Assembly (NCBI RefSeq): GCF_001194135.2
Contig: NC_068989.1
Coordinates: 68,693,085 to 68,744,656, forward strand
Reading direction: 5' to 3'
Length of the DNA: 51,572 bases
Source of the DNA: Octopus bimaculoides
Lineage: Eukaryota
Shown: positions 24,553 through 36,849 of the stretch, one piece after another
Numbering within the stretch: the first letter of the stretch is position 1
Layout: each line of letters starts with the position of its first letter
Translations under genes and position numbers: made by a program
Notes under the pieces: model-generated
What the model was told of the DNA's origin: nothing
What the model saw: only the letters and a program-made list of their open reading frames with translations
The model's database searches: none

Positions 24553-25937
24553 ACTTGGTGACACCACCAGCATGAAAAACAATAGTTAGTAATTCCTATG
24601 CAATGAGGAAAAGGCATTTGTTCATCATAATTTTAGCATCCATTTTTGCATAGGTGAAATGGAATTCTTTGAGGCAGATTTTCACTGGGGCTTAAAGCCA
24701 AAACAAAGAGAGCTTGAACACATGCCACAAGGCATTTCATTTGATGCCCTAATGACTACTGATTTTCTACCTTTAGTTATGATACTACAAGAATATATCA
24801 ATAATTATTATTTTTGAAAATGCAACTACAGCTGATAAATTTCTCTGCTGCTAGAGTACAGATAGCTAAGTAAATAGGATAGTGGACAACCAGTTGAGAA
24901 GTTGGGGGCTTATATCATGTCCTCACTACTATATTGAAGTCATGACCATGAGACGAAACTCTCAAATGGCCCCGTCCACCTAGCTGTAACTAGGTATCAC
25001 AGTGAAGGAAAGACTTGATATTAAAAGCATTTGACAAGTTAATCATTAGTTTGGATAGCTGAGTTCATCAAGCACACACTTCTCCCCTGTGGGAAAAGCT
25101 ATCTATGATAGACCAGTGCCCCAGCCAAGATAGTACTTTTTTTCTCACTACATAAAACTACAAAAACTAAAAATAAATAAGTATTACATCATTGTGGTAT
25201 GAAAATGGATTTTCTTAGCACTTGAAATTGTGTCTTCCACTAGTAGTACTAGTATAGCTATTTATGAAACATGTAACACATCCATAAGTATTAATTGTCA
25301 AGGAAATCTATTACACTTTGTTATTGATGTACTTGACGTCCTAATTTGCATATCAAAAATATAGCTTTTTTCCGAGATTTTTTTTTTTAAGATATATTTG
25401 ACTACCAGAAATCCCATCCCTTTCTTGGATAACAAATATACTGTGTATACCAGAATAGAAACACTTGTGTTGAAAGTACACTCAACATAAAAACTCTCTC
25501 TCATGTACATTTCATAAAGTCCTTAACAGACAGGATAAAAATGCTTTGACAATCAATGCATTATTGTGAGCTGCAGACCTGTTTACAACACTCAACCAAA
25601 CATGATTGACCAAGTGAAAATTATGAATTCAAATCTTGTTACAACTTGTCTGAATTTAACTGAAAATCTATGGATGAATGTAGCCAACCTTCCTACTTAA
25701 ACAATTTCTATGCCAAATATCTGAACTTCCAGTATCATCTGACCTAAAGAAGCAGATAAAATTATATAAACAAAAATAGTGAAACATTAATTAAATCTAA
25801 ATTCTTTTAGTGATAATTTGTGAATGGAATGTATACTTGTCGTTTATCTCTGAGTCATTCTGGGCTAGATGATTTATATATGAGCAAAGGTGTTTCTATC
25901 ATTGCTCTCTCAGGTTTCATTCAAACAGTGTCTAGGA

Positions 25938-26245
25938 CAGGGCTGGCCAACCTGATGCCTGTGGACCGCTGCATGTGGCCTGCAGACTTTTGTCTTGCAG
26001 CCCGCTTCATACTTTCTTGAAATGGGTTCATTTAAACAAACATTTTTAAAATCTTATCAAAAATTAAAGAGTGTATTGAAAAAATTACTACTGTTTTTGC
26101 AACAATAATATTTCATGTTGAATCAACGATCATTATTGTAAAAATAAAATTTGATTATTTGACTATTAGTGCATTAAGTATACGAGTGGCCCTCAAAAAA
26201 CTTTCTATGATTAAAGTGGCCCGCAATGTAATTTGTGTTGGTCTG
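25938..26245 (+). mobile_element. hAT/Charlie-type MITE (308 bp)
   Basis: Exact 8-bp TSD GTCTAGGA at 25930-25937 and 26246-26253. Left TIR is CAGGGCTGGCCAAC; the right TIR is degenerate (GTTGGTCTG). Confidence 0.8.
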
Positions 26246-26580
26246 GTCTAGGAGTACATCATCTAGTGTCTTTACTATCTTATGACTGTTAAGTGTAATT
26301 TGAATGAAATTTAGCTGATGCTTCTAGCAGATCCAGTGAACATGTAGAGGTTTTTTGGCTGACTTGTGCAACACCCATTGTCAAGCAATTGTGGGGGAAC
26401 AAACACAGGTACAAAGATACAAACATGCACGCACACACACATACACACGTGCACGTCCCATCTACCAAAATCCACTTACAAGGCTCTGGTCAGCCAGGAG
26501 CTATGGTAAAAGACACTTGTCCAAGGTGTCACACACTGTAACTGAACCTGAAACCATGTGATTGGGAAGTCAACTTCTTA

Positions 26581-26810
26581 TTTCTTTACTGCCCACAAGG
26601 GGCTAAACATAGAGGGGACAAACAAGGACAGACAAAGGGATTAAGTCGATTGCATCGACCCCAGTGCGTAACTGGTACTTAATTTATCGACCCCCGAAAG
26701 GATGAAAGGCAAAGTCGACCTTGGTGGAATTTGAACTCAGAACGTAACGGTAGACAAAATACCGCTAAGAATTTCGCCCAACATGCTAACGTTTCTGCCA
26801 GCTCACTGTC
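26581..26810 (-). mobile_element. SINE type B, young copy nested in an A-type head
   Basis: CpGs are retained. TSD AACTTCTTA/AATTTCTTA at 26572-26580 and 26811-26819. The host head spans about 26365-26840. Confidence 0.85.
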
Positions 26811-28028
26811 AATTTCTTACCACACAACTATACCTGCTGCTATTGTAGAATATATTCACACAAAATATCACACAGTGGGACTGGATCCACATGGTTGGAT
26901 GCAGACGTTTTAGACTACACAGCCATCTTTGTATCAATCATATATCTATCTTCTTAGTTCTTAATAAAGAAAGCTGCTTATTAATTAGCTTGGAGGGTGT
27001 GACTTTTACTAAAAGAAATCAATTATCAAAGACTACACTTTTTAAAGTTACATTACACATGTAAGTATTGTATATTGTAGATATTTGAATACTCCTATTG
27101 CTTTCATTAATTCATCAGTTACTGGATTTTCTCATCAAATAACAATTCGAAATTAAAAATGAAAATGAAAATGTAACATCTGCCAAGTAGATTTCATCCT
27201 GAAGTCCTTTTTCCTTCTTTTTTGCACTTATCTTAAATTCCTTGAAAACATTTGGATCTGTGGTGTGTGCATGAAACCTAATTAGTTGCTTGAGTAATAT
27301 TTATTTTGTTTTAATGTTAATTAGTGTGCTTGGGCTCTGAAATACTTAGGTATACTTAACATAGATTCTTATTCTTTTTGTTTGTTTTTATATGGCTGCA
27401 AATTTTTGTCTTAGACATGTTGGGGAAGAGGGCGGAGGTAAAAAAAAAAAGAAAGAAAAAAACAACTAGATGTTAGAGTTGAGTAGAATGTCTGATCAGT
27501 AACACACATAAAGATCACGTGCAAACATTTGAAATTAAGTAGGAAAGGAAGCTGGGTTTTTTGTGCACAGTTTATAATTTTTCTTTTAACTCTTGAAAGG
27601 TTTCTGTTTTTGTTACTGGCACTACCACATCACTGGAAATACTATGCTTGCTCTAAGCTGGCTGATTTTTATAAGTTCTGAGCAGTAATTTTGATAGTAC
27701 ATATGATATAGTTGTTATTTAACCCTTAGTCAGCCATGATTCTGTAGTGGACCTAAAATCAATGTGATGATCATATCTTTCTTTTAGATATACTGTATTC
27801 AGAATTATATTATCTACTGTGTCTTTTCTTTATTTTTTTTTAAGATTGTAATATGTGATTAGGGATAGATTTGGCTATTTCCAGTGGGTCAAACAACCTC
27901 TCCCATTACCTTTTATAATGTGTTAGTTCAACTTTAAGGTGGGTTCAGTGATAGTAAGTGAAAGTGAAAATGTTTACATTATGCTTAAAACTGAGAACAA
28001 TCTTTTTATATCTATCTATCTATCTATC

Positions 28029-28059
<31 letters not shown>

Positions 28060-28305
28060 CTAAACATTTCAGGTTGTACATTATTTACATTTGACAGATA
28101 TTTGTCCTCATCTTGTTTACACGTTTCAGCTGATATACCCTCCAGCCTTCATCAGGTGTCTTGGGGAAATTTTAATCCTGGGTTCTCATTCCTAAAGTAT
28201 TTTTCGATGTTATTATTGTTATTATTATTCAGGTCACTGCCTGGAATCAAACTTGGAATTTTGGGGTTAGTAGCCCGTGCTCTTAACCACTATGTCCACA
28301 TCGTG
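28060..28305 (-). mobile_element. SINE-like element: tRNA-Ser-like head + (AAT)n linker + hammerhead-bearing tail
   Basis: The head CACGATGTGGACATAGTGGTTAAGAGCACGGGCTACTAACCC resembles tRNA-Ser(GCT). A box at 28287-28298; B box GTTTGATTCC at 28243-28252. The hammerhead core lies about 80 nt after the head. Confidence 0.6.
28119..28159 (-). ncRNA. Degenerate minimal hammerhead ribozyme motif
   Basis: Minus strand reads ACAC-CUGAUGA-a-GGCUG(GAGGGUAUAU)CAGCU-GAAAC-GU-GU. The core and stem II are present. The cleavage position and 3' strand of stem I appear partly deleted. Confidence 0.6.
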
Positions 28306-29319
28306 TGTTAGTTATAAATGCTTGTCACCATTATGCAAAGCAGAATCCCTTATTTCCACTCTTCCATGAAAACATGTCCAGTCATGGCGAAATATTACCT
28401 AACTTAGAAACAGGTGAGGGTTGGCAATAGGGAGAGTATCTGGCCAGAGAAAATCTGCCTCATACAAACGGCAGGGCAGGAATGGACATTAAAATGATGA
28501 TGATGAAGTGTTTGATTATATCACATTGCTGAAATTAATTTCTGTTGAGGATTTTATTGGGTGAAAGAGAGGAGGAAAAGTGAGTGAGAGAGATGGGGGA
28601 ACAACATTTGTTCTATAAATAAACCCCAGTGGGTTATGAGATTCACCAACTTTCTATAGGATATTGTTTTCTAAACTGTCTGGTATGGTAGATTGCCAGT
28701 TTTGTTTTCCAGTGAATCAGCAGTTGGTACATTTAATGAAATAGGATCTTACTGACCAAATTCAGTATATGAAAAGGAAATTTGAAATTTAGCATGTGAA
28801 AGCCTTCATGCTGTTAGTCAACCTGTGAGAAATAGCAGTTAAATCTTCCTCAAGTCAAACAATAGTCTTCTAATATAATAAATGCAGAAACTAATTTCTG
28901 TGTGTCAGTGTGTCACACTTAGACCCCCTTCTCTCACTATTCAATGACACTCCTACTATTCCTCAGGATGATGTGAGAGTAATAGTATGCATAGAGACAG
29001 TGAGGGTGGTGGCGAAGACAGACAGAGAGAAAGAAAGAAAAAAAAGCAAGGGAGACAAAGAAATTTAGGGAGAGCTGATGTTTTATTAAAAGTAGTAGTG
29101 TTGATGATGGCAGTGGGAGTAATAATAAAAGAGAGAGAAAGAGTGGGTATGTGAGAGTAAGAGGGAGATGATGTACAACTTTGTTTAATCATGTCTCTTT
29201 GACAGAAATTCCTGTTACCAAACATACTAAACACTATCATTCTTGCTTTCTTTAATACACACACACACACACACATAAAATACACTTTAACTGAAATAAA
29301 GTTTCCCCAAAATTAACAT

Positions 29320-29695
29320 AGGGTGTGTGGTAGGTGGCTTGGTTACCAACCACATGGTTCTGAGTTCAGTCCCAGTGCATGGCACCTTGGGCAAGTGTCT
29401 TCAATTATAGCCTCAGGCTGACCAAAGCCTTGTGAGTGGATTTGGTAGACGGAAACTGAAAGATGCCCGTCGTATATATATAAGTTTGTGTGTCTGTGTT
29501 TGTCTCCCCCAACATCACTTGACAACCGATGCTGGTGTGTTTACGTCCCCGTAAATTAGCAGTTCAGCAAAAGAGGCCGATAGAATAAATACTAGGCTTA
29601 CAAAGAATAAGTCCTGGGGTCAATTTGCTTGACTAAAGGCGGTGCTCCAGCATGGCTGCAGTCAAATGACTGAAACAAGTAAAAGAGTAAAGAGT
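29320..29695 (+). mobile_element. SINE type A1, full length
   Basis: Colinear with the 50850-51265 copy from head to tail. Confidence 0.9.
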
Positions 29696-29741
29696 ATATC
29701 TAATATAATAAATGTAAATGTCAGTGTGTCACACTTTTTCA

Positions 29742-29965
29742 ACTTTAATAAATCCTTTCTACTGGAAGCACAAGGCCTCAGATTTTAGAGGAAGGGATTA
29801 AGTCAATTACATAGACTCCAGTACGTAAACTGGTACTAATTTTATTGACCCCAAAAGGATAAAAGGCAAAGTCATCCTCGGCGGAATTTGAGCTCAAAAC
29901 CTAATGGCAGACAAAAATACCAGTTAGCATTTCGCTCAGTGTGCTAACAATTCTGCCAGCTCACC
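29742..29965 (-). mobile_element. SINE type B
   Basis: Reverse-complement match to the family. Confidence 0.8.
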
Positions 29966-30130
29966 TTAATATAGTATAACAACATTATAAATGTGAATGT
30001 CAGTGTGTCAATGGTGTCATGCTTTTTCAACTTTACTCCTAGGGTCTGTAGCCCAACATATCATACCATTTTGGAATCAGGCTGGCTCCATGAGTAAATT
30101 AAAAACATTCTGGGTCAAATCCAGACATAC

Positions 30131-30297
30131 ATCATCATCATCATCATCATCGTTTAACGTCCGCTTTCCATGCTAGCATGGGTTGGACGATTTGACTGAG
30201 GACTGGTGAAACCGGATGGCAACACCAGGCTCCAGTCTGATTTGGCAGAGTTTCTACAGCTGGATGCCCTTCCTAACGCCAACCACTCAGAGAGTGA
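30131..30297 (-). mobile_element. Type D retroposon 3' end
   Basis: Near-identical reverse complement of 44480-44647, with a (CAT)n tail on the plus strand. Confidence 0.8.
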
Positions 30298-30692
30298 AAT
30301 CCTGAAATTTTGGATTCTCAAGTTTTCATTACTGTGATTATTTTTGGCAATTTTTTTTTTCTTTTCTTTTTTACATGACTTTTTGTGACAAATTTTTTTT
30401 TGTACAATAACAATTTTTATTCTCTAAAGGCTAATTCTGGGCCAAATCTGGACCTGCAATCATGAAATTTGAGATTCCTCTGTTTTCATTATTGCAATTG
30501 TTTCTGGCGATTTTTAAAATTTTGTTTATTTTTTTTTTACATGATATTTTGCGACGAATATGATCATCATTAAGATATGACCCTGGAGGAAGCAATTGCA
30601 GCAAATTCTCCAAAACAAGTCTGAGACCTGTTTGCAGATCTTCCCATTCAGTGTCAGTTGCTTAAAAGCTATATACCAGCTTAAAAGCCACC

Positions 30693-30763
30693 CTAGGATT
30701 ACATTACCAGTATATCATTTTTAAAACTAGCTTAAAAATGATATACTGGTAATGTAATCCTAG
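30693..30763. repeat. Perfect 32-bp inverted repeat with 7-nt loop
   Basis: CTAGGATTACATTACCAGTATATCATTTTTAA - AACTAGC - TTAAAAATGATATACTGGTAATGTAATCCTAG. Confidence 0.95.
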
Positions 30764-31419
30764 ATTCAACATCAAAATAAAAGATGGTCAAGGCTGGAGA
30801 CCCTTTGACCCAAAATCTTCTCAGTCAGGCCTGACCTGGGGCTAAACAACAGCAGCAACAGTTCGGTATTGTGTGTCATGATCATTTTAATGCCCAATAT
30901 TTCCATGCTTGCATGAATCAGACAGATTCATTGTGACAGATTTTCCTCCCTGTCACCTACCCTCACCTGTCTCCAGACTGGGTAATATTTCATCACGGCC
31001 TCATGATGGGTTTCCATGGAAGACTGGAAATAGATGACACTGCTTACATAACAATGGCTTGTTTAAAACTATCATACAATGACAAGAGGCACAGGTGCAC
31101 ATGCACACACACACAATTGTGTATGTTTATAGATAGATAGATAGATAGATAAAGGACTTCTTTCAGTTTCTAAATACACTTACAGGGCTTTGGTCGTGTA
31201 GAGGCAATTGTAGAAAAAATTTGCCCAAGTGCCACATAGCAAGGGTGAACCTAATCCATATAGGATGGAAGTAACTTCAAAGCAAAAAAATGATTTAGAT
31301 GATTATGATAAGTGTACATCTATGCTGTTCTACACTCTAACCTTCCATCCTCTGACACAAGTCTCCCTCCTCCAATGTCCCTGCCCCTCATAATTCCTTG
31401 TCTTGTGAGTTACTTGGTT

Positions 31420-31715
31420 ACCCTGCTAGTGCTGGTGCCATGTTAAAAGCATCTAGTCCACATTGTAATGTGGTTGATGTTTGGAAGGGCATCCAGCTGT
31501 AAAAACCATGCCAAAACTAAACTCACTTGTGCTAGTGCCACATAAAAAGCACTGAGTCCTCTCTGTAGAATGGTTGGTATTAAGAAAAGCATCCAGCCAT
31601 AAAATCCCTGCCAAAGCAGACACAGTAGCCTAGGGTAGTTTTTCTACCTGGCCGGCTCCTGTCAACCGTCCTACACATGCATGCATGGAAGATGGACGTT
31701 TGACTATGATGGTGA
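31420..31715 (+). mobile_element. Older type D-related element with duplicated module
   Basis: Two copies of GTGC(T)..GTGCCA..TAAAAAGCA...GGTTG..T.(A)GGAAGGGCATCCAGC, followed by a GGACGTT..TGATG tail. Confidence 0.6.
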
Positions 31716-32065
31716 TATACACACATACACCATACACTTGTCAATTATGCAACAATGCTAATACATCCATAGCATTTAGATTGAATTTCATTTCACTATG
31801 TTTGTGATCAATAATATCGTGTAGGGGAATAAGTACAGTCATTGTAATTGATTCAATACCTACACTGCATATATTATGAAGCTACGCTTACAACGCATCC
31901 GTGCAAGCAAGGGAATGCTAAACATTTGTATTAAAGTTTCATACCTCCTGCGCTGTACCTTTTTGGCTTCTTTGAAAAGTTGTTTGTGTTCAATAAAAAT
32001 AATCAGTTATTGCTTCCTTTGTATATATATATATTTTTTAATCTGTTAACTTTGGTAATTCCTTC

Positions 32066-32448
32066 AACCCTTTTACTATATTTCTGTTGAAATGCACTGC
32101 TTTTGTTTCAATTCTCTTAAGTAATGAAGAATTTAATAAAATAACTTTGTCATGTTTAAGCTGGTGTTTGGAACATACATTAGCACAAAACATTGGTGGA
32201 AGGTTTTAATTTAAATCAATTTAACCCTTTTGTTATTATATTTCTGCTGAAATACACTGCTTTTGTTTGGCTTAATTTTTAAATAATGAAGAATTTAGCA
32301 AAATAAGTCTGTCATTATTAAGCTGGTGATTGGAACATAACTTAGCATGAAATTTTAATGGAGGGTTTTAATTTAAATCACTTAAAACCAAAGGATTGTG
32401 TTACAGAGTTAGGGACAGTCTCAGTTTAGTTTCTCCCATAAAGGTTAA
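32066..32448 (-). mobile_element. Two tandem piggyBac-like MITE copies
   Basis: A partial copy at 32066-32220 is followed by a copy from TTAACCCTTT (32221) to AAGGTTAA (32448). Confidence 0.65.
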
Positions 32449-33332
32449 ACTGTCTCACTAGTAACATCCAATAGATTTTGTTTATAGTTGCTGGTATGGT
32501 ATGTGGTTAAGATGTTTGCTTTTTGACCATGTGGCTTTGAGGTTCAGTCCCATAACTTCTTTTAAAGCCATGAGTTACCAAAGTCTTGTGGGTGAATTTG
32601 GTAGTTGGAAATTGAAAGAAGCCCTTTAAGAGTGTGTGTATTGATGTGTTGTGTTTCAGGATCTTGAGATTGCATACATATCCAATTTTCTATGTAAACA
32701 TTTTACCACAGAGAAAAATTAGGTGAGTGACAGGAAGAGCATCCTTCAGTAGAAAATCTGTCTCAACAAATTCTATCTGACTCATGTAAGCGTGAAAAAG
32801 TGGACATTAAAATAATTATGGCGTTTATTAAAACACCAGGATCTAACAAAATTATTGATACTCTGTATAAAACAAATAATTCAAACAATGAAATATGTTT
32901 TATGCTGTAAGGAAGAAAAGTATTAACATTTCAGACCATTGCCCTCTCTTTCTCCTCTTCTATTCTCCCTTACCACATAACAATATTCAAACTAATGCTA
33001 TGGTTGCTTTGCCAATTAAACATCTGGTAGCTATTGAGAGAAAGAAAAAAAAATTGGAGGTTGGCCCCTCAATTTGTTGAATATGTGATATATTTGATTA
33101 TTTTGGCTACCTTCCAACATAGTTTTACTGTATTACAGATTCACAGGCTGATAAAAGATAATTATGTTTGAACCCTTCACCTTATTTTACCTTGCTGTTG
33201 ACATTGTTGGAATGTAAAATGGTGGAGTTATTTATTTATTAACATCCTGGCCCATTCTTGTATAATATATATATATATATATATATATCCCTGTGTGTAA
33301 ATGTATGTATGTATGTGTGTGTGTGTGTGAAT

Positions 33333-33378
<46 letters not shown>

Positions 33379-33937
33379 ATGTATATCCGTATGTGTATGT
33401 ATGTATATCTGAAAGTTAGTAAGTAGGTTGTGAGCAGGTTTTGAGTTTTATTTCAAGTATTCTATTACATTATGAATGATGTTGCTAAGATTTGGGATCC
33501 TTTTAGCCCCTTCTCAAAACTTTTACTTGTTTCAGCTATTAGACTGAAGCCATGCTGGAGTTGTTCAAAATAGCCAGGTGTGACCTCATATACCAACCCT
33601 ACAATATAATTTCTGAAAATTATCTTATCTCAACTAAGTCTTAAGGCTGCTAGATAATGCAAGATTAATTCAAAACGTATTAATAAATAAGCATTACATT
33701 GGATAGAATAATGTGAATGTTAAAGGGTTAATTAATAACTTGTTTCTAGAATGGGATGGGAGTGTAGCCATCAAATATTACTGGCAGGATCAATCAACTG
33801 AATTAACCCCTGCACTTGACTGATAATTCTTTTATTGACTCCAGAAACGTACGAAGCACAAGTGACTTCAGTAGGTTTTAAATTCAGAAAATAAAGAGAT
33901 GAAACTAGATGCCATGTAATATTCTGTTTGTTGCAGT

Positions 33938-34691
33938 ATAAGGGTTATGAAAGTGGGAATCCCTCCTCATTGTATTGAAATGATTTATGAACTGTATTCA
34001 TAATTGTTATAGAAAATATTACAAGGAACAAACATTAAAAAAAAAAAAAAACGTCCCTTTCTCCAGAAACAATCGTTGAATAAGGGTCTAGCAGCCTCTT
34101 TTCATAAAAAAAAATTATAATTTATGTGCTATCAGATCTTCTCAAGGCCAGACCATGAGTGTATAAGCTTGTAAGACAATGGGCTACTTTCAATTCTCTC
34201 TACCAAGTCAATTTACAATGCTTTTATCAGCATTGGTCTAGAGCAGAAGTTACTTGTCCAGAGTGCTAAGCAGTGGCACTGAACCTGAAACCATGTGGTT
34301 TGGAAGCAAACTTCTTAAACATACACCCATGTTTGCATCTTCTCTAAGTAAAAGCCTATGTGAGAGGAGAATGAATTCACAGTTGTCATAATTTTTCTAT
34401 CTTATAACAATCTCTAGTTTGTGTCATATTCCTCTTCCAGTATTTCATTTGACAGATTTGGTAGAGCAACGAAATGCTTTGTGGTATCCAGTTTCATCTC
34501 TTTATATTCTGAATTTAAAACCTACTGAAGTCCCATGTGCCTCGTATGGCTCTGGGGTTAATAAGAGGAATCTAGTGTTGGGGTTAATTCAATTGATTGA
34601 TCCTGCCAGTAATGTTTGATAGATCCACTGTTACAAAGCTCATGGCTAACTACAATACTTTACATTTAATTTTATCATATACGCATACATA

Positions 34692-34747
<56 letters not shown>

Positions 34748-36289
34748 NNNNNNNNNNNNNNNNNNNNNNNNNNNNNNNNNNNNNNNNNNNNNNNNNNNNN
34801 NNNNNNNNNNNNNNNNNNNNNNNNNATATATAATTATGCACACACATTATATAAACATTTAATAGCTAACAAAGAGAACTTTCGAAGTTTAAGAGTGGCT
34901 ATATGAGAATGATTAATGAGAGGAGTAAGTATAGTAAAGTATTGATTCACATATAGATAGAGTTCTATGTGGTGGTGATTGTTGTTTAGTCTTGGGTAAG
35001 CCTGCACTTAGTCAAATGATCAGACATTCAAGCCATGAACTGTCAGATGGCCTTCCTGTTGCCAACCATCACCACTCTCCAAGCAAAGTATTATTTTCTC
35101 ATAATTTTGCAGAATATCACAAATGAATGACACTGCTTGTGTAACAGTGACAATCATTTACAACTATCATTCAATTCAAAACAAGGAGGCACACACACAC
35201 ACACACACACATATATATACGATGGGTTTCTTTCAGTTTCCAGCAACCAAATCCACTCACAAGGCTTTGGTTGGCCCAGAGCACTAGTAGAAAACACTTG
35301 CTTAGGTGCCATGCCATACAACTACAAATTCACATGGAATTTTGATGGAAGGTTTTAACTTGCATCATTTTAAAATATGAAGTTTGGTGTCAAAAAGAGT
35401 TAATTTGTCTCTTATTTGTTGGTTGAAACCAGTAAAAGAGCAAATGAGCAGCTGTTTTTTTTGTTTTTTTTTTCATTTTTTCTTTTCTTTTTTGTGTGTT
35501 TCATATCATAAATTGTCACTCAGTTATTATTTAATTAGGAAATGATTACTGAAATCTAACTTCTACTTCACTGTTAGTCTGTCATTTAAACATTTTTATG
35601 AGCTGATGATTCACTAATGTTAATCAGCCAGTCATTAATGGCTAATTGCAGAAGAGGTGGCTAGCTAATTATTAGCTTATTGTAATATGAAATAGAATAA
35701 ATAATATTCCTGCTGTTGCTGCTGTTATTGTTGATATTTAATCCCAAGTTTGCTCTGATCAAGCAGACCTATATGGCCAGTGATGTTCCATCCTTGACAA
35801 TCCTGCCTTTTTTGAAAATCCAGATTACATTAGTTGCAGAGCCCTTGCCCACCCCACAAAAAATGTTATCTGAGGGAGATTTGGTTTTCTATCAGATTAA
35901 GCAACTTGCTTAGAGAATTCTCTCATTGGCTGAGGCAGATTTCTATGATGACTGACTACATTATATTTTCTTCCAGTGATGATGTTTTTTGTTCTTCATT
36001 CATCTTCAGTTCTTCTGTAGCTTTTATTTCCATCCTGTACTGTTGTACTATATATTGGCCTGTCCTTGAGAGGATCTGATAGTACATATGTTTTGTTTGT
36101 TTTTTTTTTATGAAAAGTGGTTGTTAGACTCTTATTCAACGATTGTTTAACCTTTCTTTCATTTCTGGAGAAAGGGATACTTTTTTTTTTTTCAACGTTT
36201 CTTCCTTGTAATATTTTCTGTAACAATTACTAATACAGCTAATAAATCATTTCAGTACAATAAGGGCTTCCCACTTTCATATCCCTTAT
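33938..36289. repeat. Inverted repeat pair, arms about 220-230 bp, 1.9 kb apart
   Basis: 33938-34154 aligns by eye with the reverse complement of 36057-36289 along its whole length, with scattered mismatches and one indel of about 13 bp. Confidence 0.85.
34748..34825. other. Assembly gap (N run)
   Basis: N run within (TA)n. Confidence 1.
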
Positions 36290-36849
36290 CACAGCACAAC
36301 ATTAATGAATTCAGGTATAGAAAAGAAAAAAACTGTCCCCAACACTTGACATGTCTTTCAACAGAAATATGGCAAAAAGAAAAAAAAAAAGGAAAAAATA
36401 GGCTGGTTTTAAAGCATTAATGTCAATATAATTTGAAATGAAAATGTCCCACAATCATTGTTCCTTCCATGTTGCACTTGTGTGTTGCTACACAATTACT
36501 GTATCAGTGTTGCACACATCAAAATGTCACAGCTTATTTTAATTTACAAACATGTCCTTCACAAGCTGCATTATAAGTTTCAATGTCACATACTTGTTTC
36601 AAGTTGAAAATACTTTTTGCTCAATACATCAAAAATTGGAGGGTGCGTTGCCTATAGTCTGCAAAGGGATTTTGACTGGCCCATGAAAACTGATGCCCAA
36701 TAAGTTGTTTCTCTTTTATCTCTCTTTTACTTGTTTCAGTCTTTTGACTGTGGCCATGCTGGAGCACCGCCTTTTCTATTTAAAATTTAAATTTATTGTA
36801 ATATGAGAGATGAGACTTTCGAATACAATAAAAGGCTTACTGTTACATT

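Noticed and set aside
35781-35871. Frame reading ILDNPAFFENPDY (NPxY-like receptor tail)
   Set aside because: It starts right after a stop with no acceptor. It overlaps a short dispersed repeat also seen near 30780-30860 and 34975-35040.
35955-36070. Minus-strand coiled-coil-like frame ILSRTGQYIVQQYRMEIKATEELKMNEEQK
   Set aside because: Its acceptor and start lie inside the inverted-repeat arm shared with 34130-34154. The E/K richness follows from a simple TTC-rich tract.
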